DNA of 64,000 nucleotides. Origin: a phage. The position numbers were made by a program, and so were the translations under genes. Below, piece by piece: positions 11,817-22,235 of this stretch; the stretch's first letter is position 1, and the number at the start of each line of letters is the position of its first letter. The notes below the pieces were generated by a model. That model was not told the DNA's origin. It ran no database searches and saw nothing but the letters and a program-made list of their open reading frames with translations. The stretch lies in the sequence record PZ445517.1; one strand, given 5' to 3'.

Positions 11817-12608
11817 TCACATATTGTGTATAAGCACTTCAGTCTGAAATGATGCACCTTTCTTTTGCTTCCTATACATGGTTTCAAAATATTCAATTTT
11901 GAAATTATTAGAAAGGGCCCAATCTTTTAAAATATAATTATTAATATCGTCTGATAGATTATTAGTGATAATAAATTTAGACTTCGATTGTTTAATTTTG
12001 TCTAATAATTCTAATTCATCCTTTTCTTCCCAGCCTGAATATTTAAATTTAGTAGAAAGATACGGCGGGTCAATGAATAAATTTTTGTTTTCAAAATCCA
12101 AATCTCTGAATGATTTATTACTAAATGTAAATCTGTGCTGTCTATTTTTAAATTCAGAAAATTTATCCTGTTGAGACTTATTAAAAGAAGTTCTGGAATA
12201 CTTGGCTCTATTGGCGAAAGCCGCGTTATAATTCCCATTACTAGAAAATCGGATTAACGAACTGAATGAAAATAAATGTAGAACATAAAGATATAGTCCG
12301 TTTTTGGTTTTATCGTATTCTTTTGACAGATTATAAAAAGGTGCTGAATCTTTGTCATTCAAATTAAAGTCTTCAATAATTTGAACTATATCATTAATTG
12401 AAGATGATTTCATCTTGTTATACATATCTATAAGAGGAGTATTAATATCATTACATATAACATCTCTCTGACAATTCATAGAAAATCCAAGACCACCACA
12501 AAAAGCGTCCAAAACAGGCTTATCGTCAAAGCGGTTTGAAAATTGTCTAATAAATGGCATATACTTATGTTTTGCACCTGGATATGTTATGGCAGGTAGG
12601 TCTTTCAT
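11817..12608 (-). CDS. Dam-family (D12-class) N6-adenine DNA methyltransferase-like protein
   Basis: 263 aa with YPGAKHK, FCGGLG (AdoMet motif I) and FIDPPY (motif IV) in Dam-like order; visibly AT-rich, N/K/S/F-rich coding; sits between nrdA and nrdB. Confidence 0.7.
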   Translation of the reverse strand: MKDLPAITYPGAKHKYMPFIRQFSNRFDDKPVLDAFCGGLGFSMNCQRDVICNDINTPLIDMYNKMKSSSINDIVQIIEDFNLNDKDSAPFYNLSKEYDKTKNGLYLYVLHLFSFSSLIRFSSNGNYNAAFANRAKYSRTSFNKSQQDKFSEFKNRQHRFTFSNKSFRDLDFENKNLFIDPPYLSTKFKYSGWEEKDELELLDKIKQSKSKFIITNNLSDDINNYILKDWALSNNFKIEYFETMYRKQKKGASFQTEVLIHNM

Positions 12609-12651
12609 TTTATTTCTCGTTGTTAGTGACTCGTCCGTGAGTCAAATTATA

Positions 12652-14916
12652 TCATAATTTACAGGATGAACAATCTTCAGCTTTTGGAGTTTCTATTTCA
12701 TAATCATCAGTACCAGAACCATCGCGGGTATTATGATAATAGAAATTTTTTCCGCCAAAATACCAAAAATACAAAAGGTCATCAATCATTACAGACATTG
12801 GAACCTTTCCTTTTGGAAAAATCTGCGGGTCATAATATGTATTCGCTGAAGCTGATTGACATACCCATTTAAGCATAATAGCTACCTGCGTAAGATAAGG
12901 TTTATTACCTTTCTTAGCTAATTTCCATGTATAATCATAGAGGTCTATGTTATGTTCAATATTGGGCACGACTTGATTAAAGGAACCCTCTTTTGATTCT
13001 TTAACCGAGACTGGTCCACGTGGAGGCTCGATACCGTTTGTACTGTTAGAAACTTGGGAAGATGACTCACATGGCATAAGTGCTGATAATGTGCTATTAC
13101 GGATGCCAAAGAGCTTAAGGTCTTCCCGCAGCGCCGACCAGTCACAAACGTATTTTGGAGCTGCGATTTGGTCAATCTTTTTATTGTACCAGTCGATAGG
13201 TAATTCGCCTCGAGACCAACGAGTGTCTGAATAATATTCGCAAGGTCCTTTTTCTTTGGCGAGCTTAATGGATGCTTTAATGAGTCCATACTGTAATCTC
13301 TCAAATAGTTCATGTGTTAAATCGTTAGCATCTTCATAAGAAGCAAAGTTACTTGCCAGCCAAGCTGCATAGTTAGTAACACCTACGCCAAGGTTTCGAC
13401 GCTTTTTAGCTTTTTCTGCTTCAGGAACTGGATATCCTTGGTAATCCAAAAGATTATCAAGAGCGCGAACTTGAACTTCTGCTAATTCATTAATTTTATC
13501 TTGGTCTTGCCAATCGAAGTTATCCAACACAAATGCAGATAACGTGCACAATCCAATTTCAGCATCAGGACTATTCACATCATTTGTTGGAATAGCAATT
13601 TCACAACACAAGTTACTCTGACGAATAGGTGCCTTTTCACGAATAAACGGAGTATAGTTATTCGTATTATCAATGAACTGTACATAAATCCTTGCTGTTC
13701 CTGATCGTTCAGTCATGAGCAATTCAAACAGTTCACGGGCTTTAATACGCTTTTTACGAATATTAGGGTCTTTTTCTGCAGCTTCGTACAATTCACGGAA
13801 TCGGTCTTGGTCTTTAAAATAAGAATAATAAAGTTCGCCACCCATTTCATGCGGACTAAACAAAGTAATGTAGTCGTTCTTTCCAAAACGTTCCATCATT
13901 AGGTCATTCAGCTGAACACCATAATCCATATGACGGATACGGTTTTCTTCTACACCTTTGTTATTTTTCAAAACGAGAAGATTTTCAACTTCCAAATGCC
14001 AAATAGGATAATAAGCAGTAGCAGCGCCGCCACGAATTCCGCCCTGTGAACATGATTTAACAGCAGTCTGAAAATGTTTCCAAAAAGGAATAACACCAGT
14101 ATGACGCACTTCACCTGTGCCAATCTTAGAACCTTCAGCACGAATCATACCAACGTTAATGCCGATTCCAGCTCGTTTAGAAATATACTCAACAATTGAA
14201 GCAGAAGCCTTATTGATAGACTTCAGCGAATCGCCTGCCTCAATAACAACGCATGAACTAAACTGCCGAGTTGGAGTACGACAACCAGCCATAATAGGAG
14301 TTGGCAATGAAATCTGTCGAGTAGATACTGCTTCATAAAAACGAATAACATGTTTTAATCTGTCAACAGGTTCATCTTGATGCAATGCCATTCCAATAGT
14401 CATAAATGCAAACTGTGGAGTTTCATAAATTTGACCAGTGGTTTTATCTTTAACTAGATATTTTTCTTTTAATTGCATCGCTCCGGAATAAGTAAATTCC
14501 ATATCCCGCTCATGCTTAATTTTTGATTCTAAAAATGTAATTTCTTCTGCTGAATATTTTGACAACAGTTCAGGGTCGTATTTACCTTCATTTACACAGT
14601 AAGAAATATGGTCAATAAATGAACGGGGCTCATACTGCCCGTAAACATGCTTACGAAGAGCAAACATTAAACAGCGTGCAGCTACATATTGATAATCAGG
14701 CTCTTCAACTGAAATAGAATTCGCAGCAGCCTTAATGACAATAGTCTGAATGTCATCAGTTGTCATTCCATCACGGAGATATGATTTAATATTTTCATAT
14801 AATTCATAAGGATCTACAGATGTTCCTTCAGCTGCCCAAGATAAAACTTTAATAATTTTTTGCGGGTCAAAGCTTTGAGAAACACCACTACTTTTGATAA
14901 CATTAATTAATTGCAT
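12652..14916 (-). CDS. nrdA: ribonucleotide reductase large subunit (class Ia)
   Basis: 754 aa with ATP-cone N-terminus, catalytic motifs and C-terminal Cys pair; matches T4 NrdA. Confidence 0.95.
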   Translation of the reverse strand: MQLINVIKSSGVSQSFDPQKIIKVLSWAAEGTSVDPYELYENIKSYLRDGMTTDDIQTIVIKAAANSISVEEPDYQYVAARCLMFALRKHVYGQYEPRSFIDHISYCVNEGKYDPELLSKYSAEEITFLESKIKHERDMEFTYSGAMQLKEKYLVKDKTTGQIYETPQFAFMTIGMALHQDEPVDRLKHVIRFYEAVSTRQISLPTPIMAGCRTPTRQFSSCVVIEAGDSLKSINKASASIVEYISKRAGIGINVGMIRAEGSKIGTGEVRHTGVIPFWKHFQTAVKSCSQGGIRGGAATAYYPIWHLEVENLLVLKNNKGVEENRIRHMDYGVQLNDLMMERFGKNDYITLFSPHEMGGELYYSYFKDQDRFRELYEAAEKDPNIRKKRIKARELFELLMTERSGTARIYVQFIDNTNNYTPFIREKAPIRQSNLCCEIAIPTNDVNSPDAEIGLCTLSAFVLDNFDWQDQDKINELAEVQVRALDNLLDYQGYPVPEAEKAKKRRNLGVGVTNYAAWLASNFASYEDANDLTHELFERLQYGLIKASIKLAKEKGPCEYYSDTRWSRGELPIDWYNKKIDQIAAPKYVCDWSALREDLKLFGIRNSTLSALMPCESSSQVSNSTNGIEPPRGPVSVKESKEGSFNQVVPNIEHNIDLYDYTWKLAKKGNKPYLTQVAIMLKWVCQSASANTYYDPQIFPKGKVPMSVMIDDLLYFWYFGGKNFYYHNTRDGSGTDDYEIETPKAEDCSSCKL

Positions 14917-15233
14917 AAGTCCTCAACTTGAAAATCGTCTTTAAACAATCGGTTAACTATATGAGCTATTATATCACCATGACACGGCTTTGGTTTACAT
15001 GTGCATCCTAGCCTCATTCCACGTAAAGGCTCTAAATGTGCTTTAGTTATTTCTCCGGATTTAATTCGACGTATAAAATCTTTTTTGAATAATTCAATGG
15101 CAGCCTCCCGGCTGCCAGCATCTTTACCGACGTAATTTCCCCAAAATGTACCACGGTGAATATTAACATCAAAGTCGGATTTATATTTATTCATTACCTG
15201 GCATAGACGGCCCGCGCGGTGATAATTCGTCAT
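14907..15233 (-). CDS. hypothetical protein with C-x-C...C-H motif
   Basis: 108-aa ORF; [15 protein letters not shown] motif suggests metal binding; between nrdA and td. Confidence 0.4.
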   Translation of the reverse strand: MTNYHRAGRLCQVMNKYKSDFDVNIHRGTFWGNYVGKDAGSREAAIELFKKDFIRRIKSGEITKAHLEPLRGMRLGCTCKPKPCHGDIIAHIVNRLFKDDFQVEDLCN

Positions 15234-15462
15234 ATTGTTTTTCCGTTAAAACAGTAATATCATAGTAACAATCTGAAGAAGTTTTAACTGTAGAAATTTT
15301 ATTATCAAAATACTCACGAGTCATTTTATGAGTATAATATTTTTTGCCATAAATGATAATAGGCTGATTTGGTCCTGGAACTTCTAACTCACTTGGGTTA
15401 GGAAGTGTAAAAAGAACTACACCAGAAGTATCTTTAAATCGTAAAATCATATATCCTCGCAA
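15187..15462 (-). CDS. hypothetical protein
   Basis: 91-aa ORF between td and nrdA; start approximate. Confidence 0.35.
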   Translation of the reverse strand: MRGYMILRFKDTSGVVLFTLPNPSELEVPGPNQPIIIYGKKYYTHKMTREYFDNKISTVKTSSDCYYDITVLTEKQYDELSPRGPSMPGNE

Positions 15463-15468
15463 TTAAAA

Positions 15469-16329
15469 TTACACCGCCATTTTTCCTTTCAAGACACCAT
15501 GGGACTGATAATCTTTAAGAACGAAATCTCGCGATGTCATATATTCAGTTAACCAATACATTTGAGTTTCAGTATCGCATTGGCTGAATCCATTAGGCCA
15601 ATTAATACTGAGTTTGCACAGGTCCATAGGAGTTCTATTTAATATCTCTTTGCATTGCTCAATATGGTTAGAATAAATGTGTGTATTGCCACCCGAAAAT
15701 ACCAAATCGCCTGGAACTAGTTCACACATGTCAGCAACAATATGTAAGAGAGCAGCATAGCTCGCGATGTTAAATGGAAGACCGAGGAAAACATCTACCG
15801 AGCGTTGATACCATTGGAGGTCAAGGTATCCGTTACGAACATTAAACTGATAGAACATGTGACAAGGCGGTAATGCCATTTGCTTGAGTTCAGCTGGATT
15901 CCACGCCGACACAATTTGTCGCCTATCGTTTGGAAATGTTTTAATACGATTAACAACTTCTACAATTTGGTCTACACCGCCAAAATCACGCCATTGTTTT
16001 CCGTAAATTGGACCAAGTTCACCACTATGATAACCTAGGTCTTTGGCCTGATTTTCGTAGTTTTCATCCCAAATCGTTTTTCCAGCAATTAAGGATCCAT
16101 GAGTACGTTTACGTAGATCATTTACGTTAGTACTTCCTGATAAGAACCACAATAACTCAGAAATACACGCATTCCAGGCGAGCTTCTTAGTTGTTACTGC
16201 AGGAAAACCTTTACTTAAATCCCAGCGTAATTTAGTACCGAACAAAGCAATTGTTCCTGTGCCCGTTCGGTCATCGGTTTCATAGCCATTTTCAAAAATG
16301 TCTTTAATTAAATCTTGGTATTGTTTCAT
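15469..16329 (-). CDS. td: thymidylate synthase, continuous (no intron)
   Basis: 286 aa, MKQYQDLIKDIFENGYETDDRTGTGT...; full-length protein in one ORF. Confidence 0.95.
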   Translation of the reverse strand: MKQYQDLIKDIFENGYETDDRTGTGTIALFGTKLRWDLSKGFPAVTTKKLAWNACISELLWFLSGSTNVNDLRKRTHGSLIAGKTIWDENYENQAKDLGYHSGELGPIYGKQWRDFGGVDQIVEVVNRIKTFPNDRRQIVSAWNPAELKQMALPPCHMFYQFNVRNGYLDLQWYQRSVDVFLGLPFNIASYAALLHIVADMCELVPGDLVFSGGNTHIYSNHIEQCKEILNRTPMDLCKLSINWPNGFSQCDTETQMYWLTEYMTSRDFVLKDYQSHGVLKGKMAV

Positions 16330-16374
16330 TTAGTACCTTATATAAATTATAATACATTTTATGAAGCTAAATAA

Positions 16375-16722
16375 TCAATACGGTTTAGCATCAAATTTTC
16401 TCTCAATTTCAGGCGTGAAATATAATTCTTTACCGCGTTTGGAAAAGCGACCAATAATATGATAATTATTCTCATCAAACGTGATATTACCAATATCCAT
16501 AGCTTTCAACCAAATATCGATATTTCTATCCAACTTTATGTCAAAATTCCAATACGGAGAACTATTACCGAAAATACTGCAAGCGGATTCAGTAAAACAA
16601 CTACTATAAATCTTATCTTTAGGAACTACTAATTGATAGACACCTTTAATAAACTGAGGACCCTGCCATTTTGGTTGTTTCGTGTCTTTTTCTAATAGAA
16701 TAGGGTAATAATTAAAATTCAT
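16375..16722 (-). CDS. hypothetical protein inserted between frd and td
   Basis: 115-aa ORF with ATG at 16722; fills a 400-bp gap where T4 frd and td overlap (recalled); no recognisable motif. Confidence 0.45.
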   Translation of the reverse strand: MNFNYYPILLEKDTKQPKWQGPQFIKGVYQLVVPKDKIYSSCFTESACSIFGNSSPYWNFDIKLDRNIDIWLKAMDIGNITFDENNYHIIGRFSKRGKELYFTPEIERKFDAKPY

Positions 16723-16741
16723 ATTTCCGCCACGCGTTATT

Positions 16742-17568
<827 letters not shown>

Positions 17569-17579
17569 ATTATCTCCTA

Positions 17580-17912
17580 TTAAAAAGGATCAGGAACATA
17601 TCCGCTAGCTTTAATCATTTTAATTAACGTTAACATTCCTTTGTTAACTGCTCGTGAGATTTCATCAAAAACTTCATCACTAAAAAGTTCTAACACGCCC
17701 TTCTGAACTTTTAATTTACAGCCAACAATTTCTTCATCGCCTATAGTAAATTCATTACCACCAATTCCACCGAAAAACTTAATTACACCAGTTAACTGTC
17801 TTCCACGAGAATATGGGTCGTGTGATAAAGTAATATGAGTCACCCCGGGTACAGTTTTAAATTGGCAGCGAATATTTACTTGTGAAATTCCAGTTACATG
17901 AATGTCAGACAT
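17580..17912 (-). CDS. hypothetical protein (frd.2 position)
   Basis: 110-aa ORF. Confidence 0.45.
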   Translation of the reverse strand: MSDIHVTGISQVNIRCQFKTVPGVTHITLSHDPYSRGRQLTGVIKFFGGIGGNEFTIGDEEIVGCKLKVQKGVLELFSDEVFDEISRAVNKGMLTLIKMIKASGYVPDPF

Positions 17913-17922
17913 AATATTTTCC

Positions 17923-18165
17923 TCAGATAGACTTTTTCACAATTTTCCAATCAGCTTTAAACTGATCGACGTCAGAGTGATAAATCCAAAATCCTGCGCT
18001 TTCACCGTCTTCATAAAGCGGACACCCATCACATTCATCTTCCCATCCCATGCCACGTAAAAGGTGTTCAGCTTTTTCAACAAGTTCAGAATCTTTACCG
18101 ATGATATTAAAATACCATTTACCTCTAACTTCCGAATCTTTGATGCTCTGACGTTGTAATCTCAT
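17923..18165 (-). CDS. hypothetical protein (frd.3 position)
   Basis: 80-aa ORF. Confidence 0.45.
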   Translation of the reverse strand: MRLQRQSIKDSEVRGKWYFNIIGKDSELVEKAEHLLRGMGWEDECDGCPLYEDGESAGFWIYHSDVDQFKADWKIVKKSI

Positions 18166-18220
18166 TTTATTCTCCTCAAGTTGATAAGGCTATAGTATCA
18201 TTACCATAGCCCGTTGTAAA

Positions 18221-18586
18221 CTACTTTTTGAAAGTTTTTCGCAAAAGTTCAATAATTTCATCTACATTGTTTTCGTCAACAATGCAGTGAATTTTCGTTA
18301 CGCCGGAAACCTTGTCTTCGACTTCATCTTCTTCAGAAGTCGGTTCTTTATACTCACGAAAACAATGAAATTCGTCTTCACAAACGTTAAAGTAAAAATG
18401 CTTTCCATTTGCGCATTCAATGTGTTTTATTACTCTAAATCCATCAGCAGAGAAAGCTTCTTTAACTTCAAACCATCCGCCATTTTCTTGAATAATTTTA
18501 ACTATTGCTGAATTAGAACGTGGGCGATAATTAATAAATGTATCAATAAGTCTTGGAACAAGTTCATACTTTTTACCGATATACAT
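18221..18586 (-). CDS. hypothetical protein
   Basis: 121-aa ORF between frd.3 position and gene 32. Confidence 0.4.
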   Translation of the reverse strand: MYIGKKYELVPRLIDTFINYRPRSNSAIVKIIQENGGWFEVKEAFSADGFRVIKHIECANGKHFYFNVCEDEFHCFREYKEPTSEEDEVEDKVSGVTKIHCIVDENNVDEIIELLRKTFKK

Positions 18587-18630
18587 TTTCTTTTCTTCAT
18601 TTTAATAGGGGCTTGATAGCCCCTTGATAA

Positions 18631-18858
18631 TTACTGTTCAATAAATCCTGTGTAAAATTCTACATCTTCAGCATCCATACCGTCGCAGTATTCATTAACC
18701 ATAAACTGTTTAAGACGATCTAAAGGACCTTCAATAACAACTGAAACATTACAATTAGGATCATCTAATGCGCTTATGATACTAAGTTCAGGATAACGAT
18801 TACGAATAATTTCTTCAATATATTCAAAATCAACAACATCAATATCAATTTTAGCCAT
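18631..18858 (-). CDS. hypothetical acidic protein
   Basis: 75-aa ORF immediately downstream of early promoter 18902-18931. Confidence 0.45.
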   Translation of the reverse strand: MAKIDIDVVDFEYIEEIIRNRYPELSIISALDDPNCNVSVVIEGPLDRLKQFMVNEYCDGMDAEDVEFYTGFIEQ

Positions 18859-18901
18859 ATTATTTTCCTCTTTAATTATCAGCAGTATTGCCGATAGTTG
18901 T

Positions 18902-18931
18902 ATAGTACCACAGTATGCTTTGGTTGTAAAC
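18902..18931 (-). promoter_or_regulatory. phage early promoter (conserved cassette copy)
   Basis: GGTTTACAACCAAAGCATACTGTGGTACTATACAACTATC on minus strand; near-identical to copy at 35388-35417. Confidence 0.6.
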
Positions 18932-18953
18932 CGTTTTGTGAAAAAAATTTTGA

Positions 18954-18981
18954 AATAAAAAAGGGGACCCTAGAGGTCCCC
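18954..18981 (-). terminator. intrinsic terminator downstream of gene 32
   Basis: GGGGACC-UCUA-GGGUCCCC hairpin followed by U-run on minus transcript. Confidence 0.65.
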
Positions 18982-19003
18982 AATTAATTAGTAATATAAT
19001 CTG

Positions 19004-19912
19004 TTAAAGGTCATTCAAAAGGTCATCCAGGTCCGTGTCATCAGCACTAGATGAACTGCCAGAGCTTGAGCTCATAAAATCATCTTCAGTTTTTGTATTG
19101 AAGTCATCAACATTGAATGCATCCAAATCATCAGCAACTTTATCAGCTTTCTTAGCAGCAGTCGCTGCGGCACCGCCCATCACAGCAGTTCCCATAACTT
19201 GACCGAATTTAGTATTCAGTTCTTCAAATGATTTGAATTTATCTTTAGAAGTCATTTCAGAAAGGTCAACCATTTGTTCGAACAGTTCTTTCTGGAAAGA
19301 TTCATCATCAATGTTTGGAATCGCAGATTGATTCAGGAATTTAGATTCGTCGTAGTTACTAAATCCAGAAACCTGTTTAACTTTCAGTACAAAGTTAGCA
19401 CCTTCCCACGGACAAGTTACATCAACCGGGGTTTCACCCATTTCAACATCAACCGCAATCATCGCGTTGATTTTATCCCAGATTTTCTTACCGAAACGAT
19501 ATTTAAATACTTTACCTTCATTTTCTGGAGCAGCTGGGTCTTTTACAACAAGAATGTTAGCCCAGTAAGAAGTTTTACGTTTAACAAGACTGTACTCTTT
19601 ATTGTCAGTGTTGTACAGATCATTTTTACTAATGTATTGACATACTGGGCAAGAATCGTAATCACCGTGGGTAGATGAACAATTTTCGATATACCATTTA
19701 CCATTTTTCTTGAAACCGTGATTTACAAGAATTGCGAATGGTGCTTGTTCATCATTTTTAGACGGAAGAAAACGAATTACTGCTTGACCGTTACCCGCAT
19801 TGTCGAGTTTCAGTTTCCACTCGCCTTTATCTTCAGAAGAAAAACCACCTTTATTTCCAGCCAGTTTAGCCATTTGTGCAGCGAGTTCAGCAGTAGATTT
19901 ACGTTTAAACAT
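19004..19912 (-). CDS. 32: single-stranded DNA-binding protein gp32
   Basis: 302 aa, [50 protein letters not shown]...; acidic C-terminal tail; matches recalled T4 gp32. Confidence 0.95.
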   Translation of the reverse strand: MFKRKSTAELAAQMAKLAGNKGGFSSEDKGEWKLKLDNAGNGQAVIRFLPSKNDEQAPFAILVNHGFKKNGKWYIENCSSTHGDYDSCPVCQYISKNDLYNTDNKEYSLVKRKTSYWANILVVKDPAAPENEGKVFKYRFGKKIWDKINAMIAVDVEMGETPVDVTCPWEGANFVLKVKQVSGFSNYDESKFLNQSAIPNIDDESFQKELFEQMVDLSEMTSKDKFKSFEELNTKFGQVMGTAVMGGAAATAAKKADKVADDLDAFNVDDFNTKTEDDFMSSSSGSSSSADDTDLDDLLNDL

Positions 19913-19985
19913 TTTTATTTCCTTTTTAATTTAATTAACAGTTGGTGCTATGACGATGTATGACCTCATAGCTGGTCAGTGAGAT
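19913..19985 (-). promoter_or_regulatory. gene 32 translational operator (pseudoknot plus A/U-rich gp32 binding region)
   Basis: Leader reads ...GACCAGCUAUGAGGUCAUACAUCGUCAUAGCACCAACUGUUAAUUAAAUUAAAAAGGAAAUAAAA-AUG, matching the recalled T4 gene 32 autoregulatory leader. Confidence 0.65.
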
Positions 19986-19987
19986 AA

Positions 19988-20012
19988 TTATAATCTATTT
20001 ATAATAAGCAAT
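19988..20012 (-). promoter_or_regulatory. gene 32 promoters: MotA box (TTGCTTA) + TATAAT overlapping late TATAAATA
   Basis: Minus strand TTGCTTA-12 bp-TATAAT; TATAAATA at 19996-20003. Confidence 0.5.
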
Positions 20013-20665
20013 TAATACTTGCAAGATTTCACAGTTTCAATGAAAACATTTTTAGCTTTCTGCGAATCAATATTTAAAATTTTTCTATAAGCCTTTAACT
20101 TTATAGAATAATTATTCCAGACTAAATTATCAGTCTGTTCATCATGTTTATCAATTATATTTAAAAATGAATCAAGCAAGATAAACGTCTCAAACGAAAT
20201 TATATTCGATTGAAGTAGTTTAAAAATATAGCTTGATTGAACCTTTGGATTATACTCAAAGATTTCTTTAAAAGCAGAAACTTCAACTTTTTTACTAAAA
20301 TAATAAATGTTGCGAATATCTTCTTCAAACTTAAATTTAATTTGTTTTAAGCGTCCGATATATTCACGATAAAACACAAGTGCATCAGCGTCAGAGATGT
20401 CACCAATCCAAGCATCTTGGTTAGCAACAAGATTGCTTATAAAGATTAAAGCAAGTTCCTTTAATTTATATTTTTCTGATAACTTCTGGAAAAAATACTT
20501 ATCCCTTCGCTTTTGATAAGCGGCATCAGACACCCGCATGCACCAATTATACTTAATTACATCATACTTTCCATTCATATGTTGTTTTATCATTAAGTAT
20601 AATTTATAAACTGATTTACCATCAATATATCTTTCACCACCAGCAGGCATGCGGAGTTTAATCAT
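20012..20665 (-). CDS. 59: gp59 helicase-loading protein
   Basis: 217 aa (T4 gp59 = 217), position next to 32. Confidence 0.8.
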   Translation of the reverse strand: MIKLRMPAGGERYIDGKSVYKLYLMIKQHMNGKYDVIKYNWCMRVSDAAYQKRRDKYFFQKLSEKYKLKELALIFISNLVANQDAWIGDISDADALVFYREYIGRLKQIKFKFEEDIRNIYYFSKKVEVSAFKEIFEYNPKVQSSYIFKLLQSNIISFETFILLDSFLNIIDKHDEQTDNLVWNNYSIKLKAYRKILNIDSQKAKNVFIETVKSCKY

Positions 20666-21000
20666 AGTAGAAAATCTAATGTATTAGTTTTTTCACAACG
20701 AACAACAGAAGGACGTAAAAGATTTTCGTCAATAGCTTCTGACTGAATTTTTTCAATTATACCCGAAGGAATAAATTTAGCAAATTGAGTTTCAGGAATA
20801 GAATTTTCTTCTAAGAATGCTGTTGTAGCTTCAAGATAACTCATTCCAAACTCTTCTACCATTTTTTCAATGATAAATCCATTTTCTTGACGATCAAGAA
20901 GCTTTGCAATTTCATCCTTTTCTTTCTTAATTGAAAGTTCTTTTTCTGAAAGACCGGTCTCATCGACCGGACGAATATCATTTAGAGAAAACTGTGTCAT
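20662..21000 (-). CDS. 33: gp33 late-transcription co-activator
   Basis: 112 aa from ATG at 21000 (track start is TTG); position between 59 and dsbA. Confidence 0.7.
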   Translation of the reverse strand: MTQFSLNDIRPVDETGLSEKELSIKKEKDEIAKLLDRQENGFIIEKMVEEFGMSYLEATTAFLEENSIPETQFAKFIPSGIIEKIQSEAIDENLLRPSVVRCEKTNTLDFLL

Positions 21001-21247
21001 AAAGTTCAACTACCTCTTCGGTTTCAGCTTCAAACACATCACGGTTATCTTTATGATACAAAGCTAAAAGACGATTAAACATCTTACCATCAACGCCAAG
21101 TTCATCTTTGGCGCGAATTCGAATATCTTTAATCAATTCATTATAACCAGAAATTTTCAGTTTATGATCAGATGCTTCTTTGATAAATTTAGCCAAGTCT
21201 TCGCCATGGATAGCTTCATCAAATTCAACCATTTCTTTTTTAGCCAT
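20978..21247 (-). CDS. dsbA: double-stranded DNA-binding protein DsbA
   Basis: 89 aa; position and size as in T4. Confidence 0.65.
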   Translation of the reverse strand: MAKKEMVEFDEAIHGEDLAKFIKEASDHKLKISGYNELIKDIRIRAKDELGVDGKMFNRLLALYHKDNRDVFEAETEEVVELYDTVFSK

Positions 21248-21255
21248 TATTCACC

Positions 21256-22173
21256 TCAAAATTCATTAATGCTATTAGTTAATTTAGAAAGACCCGCTTT
21301 TACAAAATATGAATAAATTTTGCCACGCGGTGGTAATTTATATGAATTATAGTAATTCACAATGTTTGAAGCAATATTATCAGGAATATAATCAAAGTCA
21401 ATTAGAACTAAATTTTCTTTATATCGATTATATTCAGATTCAGTGAGAAGCACCTTAGCTTGCTCACGGTCATTAGCAATAGCTTCAACAATAGATGTTT
21501 TCATTGAGGGAGTTCGTTCACCTTCAACTCTGGTAAACCAAAAGTCAGATCGTACTTTAACTGAAGCAACGTTATCCTTTTTATCACCCTTAAGAATTTT
21601 AGTCATACAGTCAATTTCAGCAGAACCGCTTTTAATTTTAACCCATTTCTTATGCATCGGTGACCATTGCTTAACATTTGGATACTTGTGAAGTTGAGTA
21701 AAGTCACCATCCGATGAAATGATTAAAATCTTGTGTCCTTCTAAAGAGAACTTTTTAACAAGAACAGCAATGTGGTCATCTGCTTCATACTTATCAATAT
21801 CCATAACAATGTATGGCATATAAGCTTTCAATTCATCTATGACTTTATGGCTGGATTCAAAATAACCTTCCCAGTCCCAAGTAGATTCTTCTCGTGCTTT
21901 TCCGCGGTTTTTCTTATAATAATAAGCAAAATCACGACGCCAGTATCCGGATTTTGCGTTATCGATACACAGTACAATTTTAGTGTATCCAAGAGTTTTT
22001 GCTTTTTTGACATTAAACTTAATTGAGTTCAATATCAAATGACGAACCATTGATAAGTTAATTTTTTCTTTATCTGGAAAGTTTACTAGAGCAGTTGAAA
22101 GCGCAATTTGACTAAAGTCAATTAAGCAAATTCCTTCTTTGTAATCTTCATCCAGCATCATTTCTAAATCCAT
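21256..22173 (-). CDS. rnh: RNase H (5'-3' exonuclease, FEN family)
   Basis: 305 aa from ATG at 22173 (MDLEMMLDEDYKEG...); track start is TTG. Confidence 0.85.
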   Translation of the reverse strand: MDLEMMLDEDYKEGICLIDFSQIALSTALVNFPDKEKINLSMVRHLILNSIKFNVKKAKTLGYTKIVLCIDNAKSGYWRRDFAYYYKKNRGKAREESTWDWEGYFESSHKVIDELKAYMPYIVMDIDKYEADDHIAVLVKKFSLEGHKILIISSDGDFTQLHKYPNVKQWSPMHKKWVKIKSGSAEIDCMTKILKGDKKDNVASVKVRSDFWFTRVEGERTPSMKTSIVEAIANDREQAKVLLTESEYNRYKENLVLIDFDYIPDNIASNIVNYYNSYKLPPRGKIYSYFVKAGLSKLTNSINEF

Positions 22174-22202
22174 ATGAACCTCGTTCAATTAGTGAGATTT
22201 CT

Positions 22203-22232
22203 ATTATATACTATCCAAATCTTAAAGTAAAC
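22203..22232 (-). promoter_or_regulatory. phage early promoter for rnh
   Basis: GTTTAC -35 + TATAAT -10 on minus strand, divergent from gene 34 late promoter. Confidence 0.5.
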
Positions 22233-22235
22233 AAG

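Noticed and set aside
15469-16329. Group I intron in td (as in T4)
   Set aside because: td translates as one continuous 286-aa protein; no inserted non-coding segment or intron ORF.
19274-19678. Plus-strand 134-aa ORF within gene 32
   Set aside because: Antisense to gp32 coding sequence; low-complexity translation.
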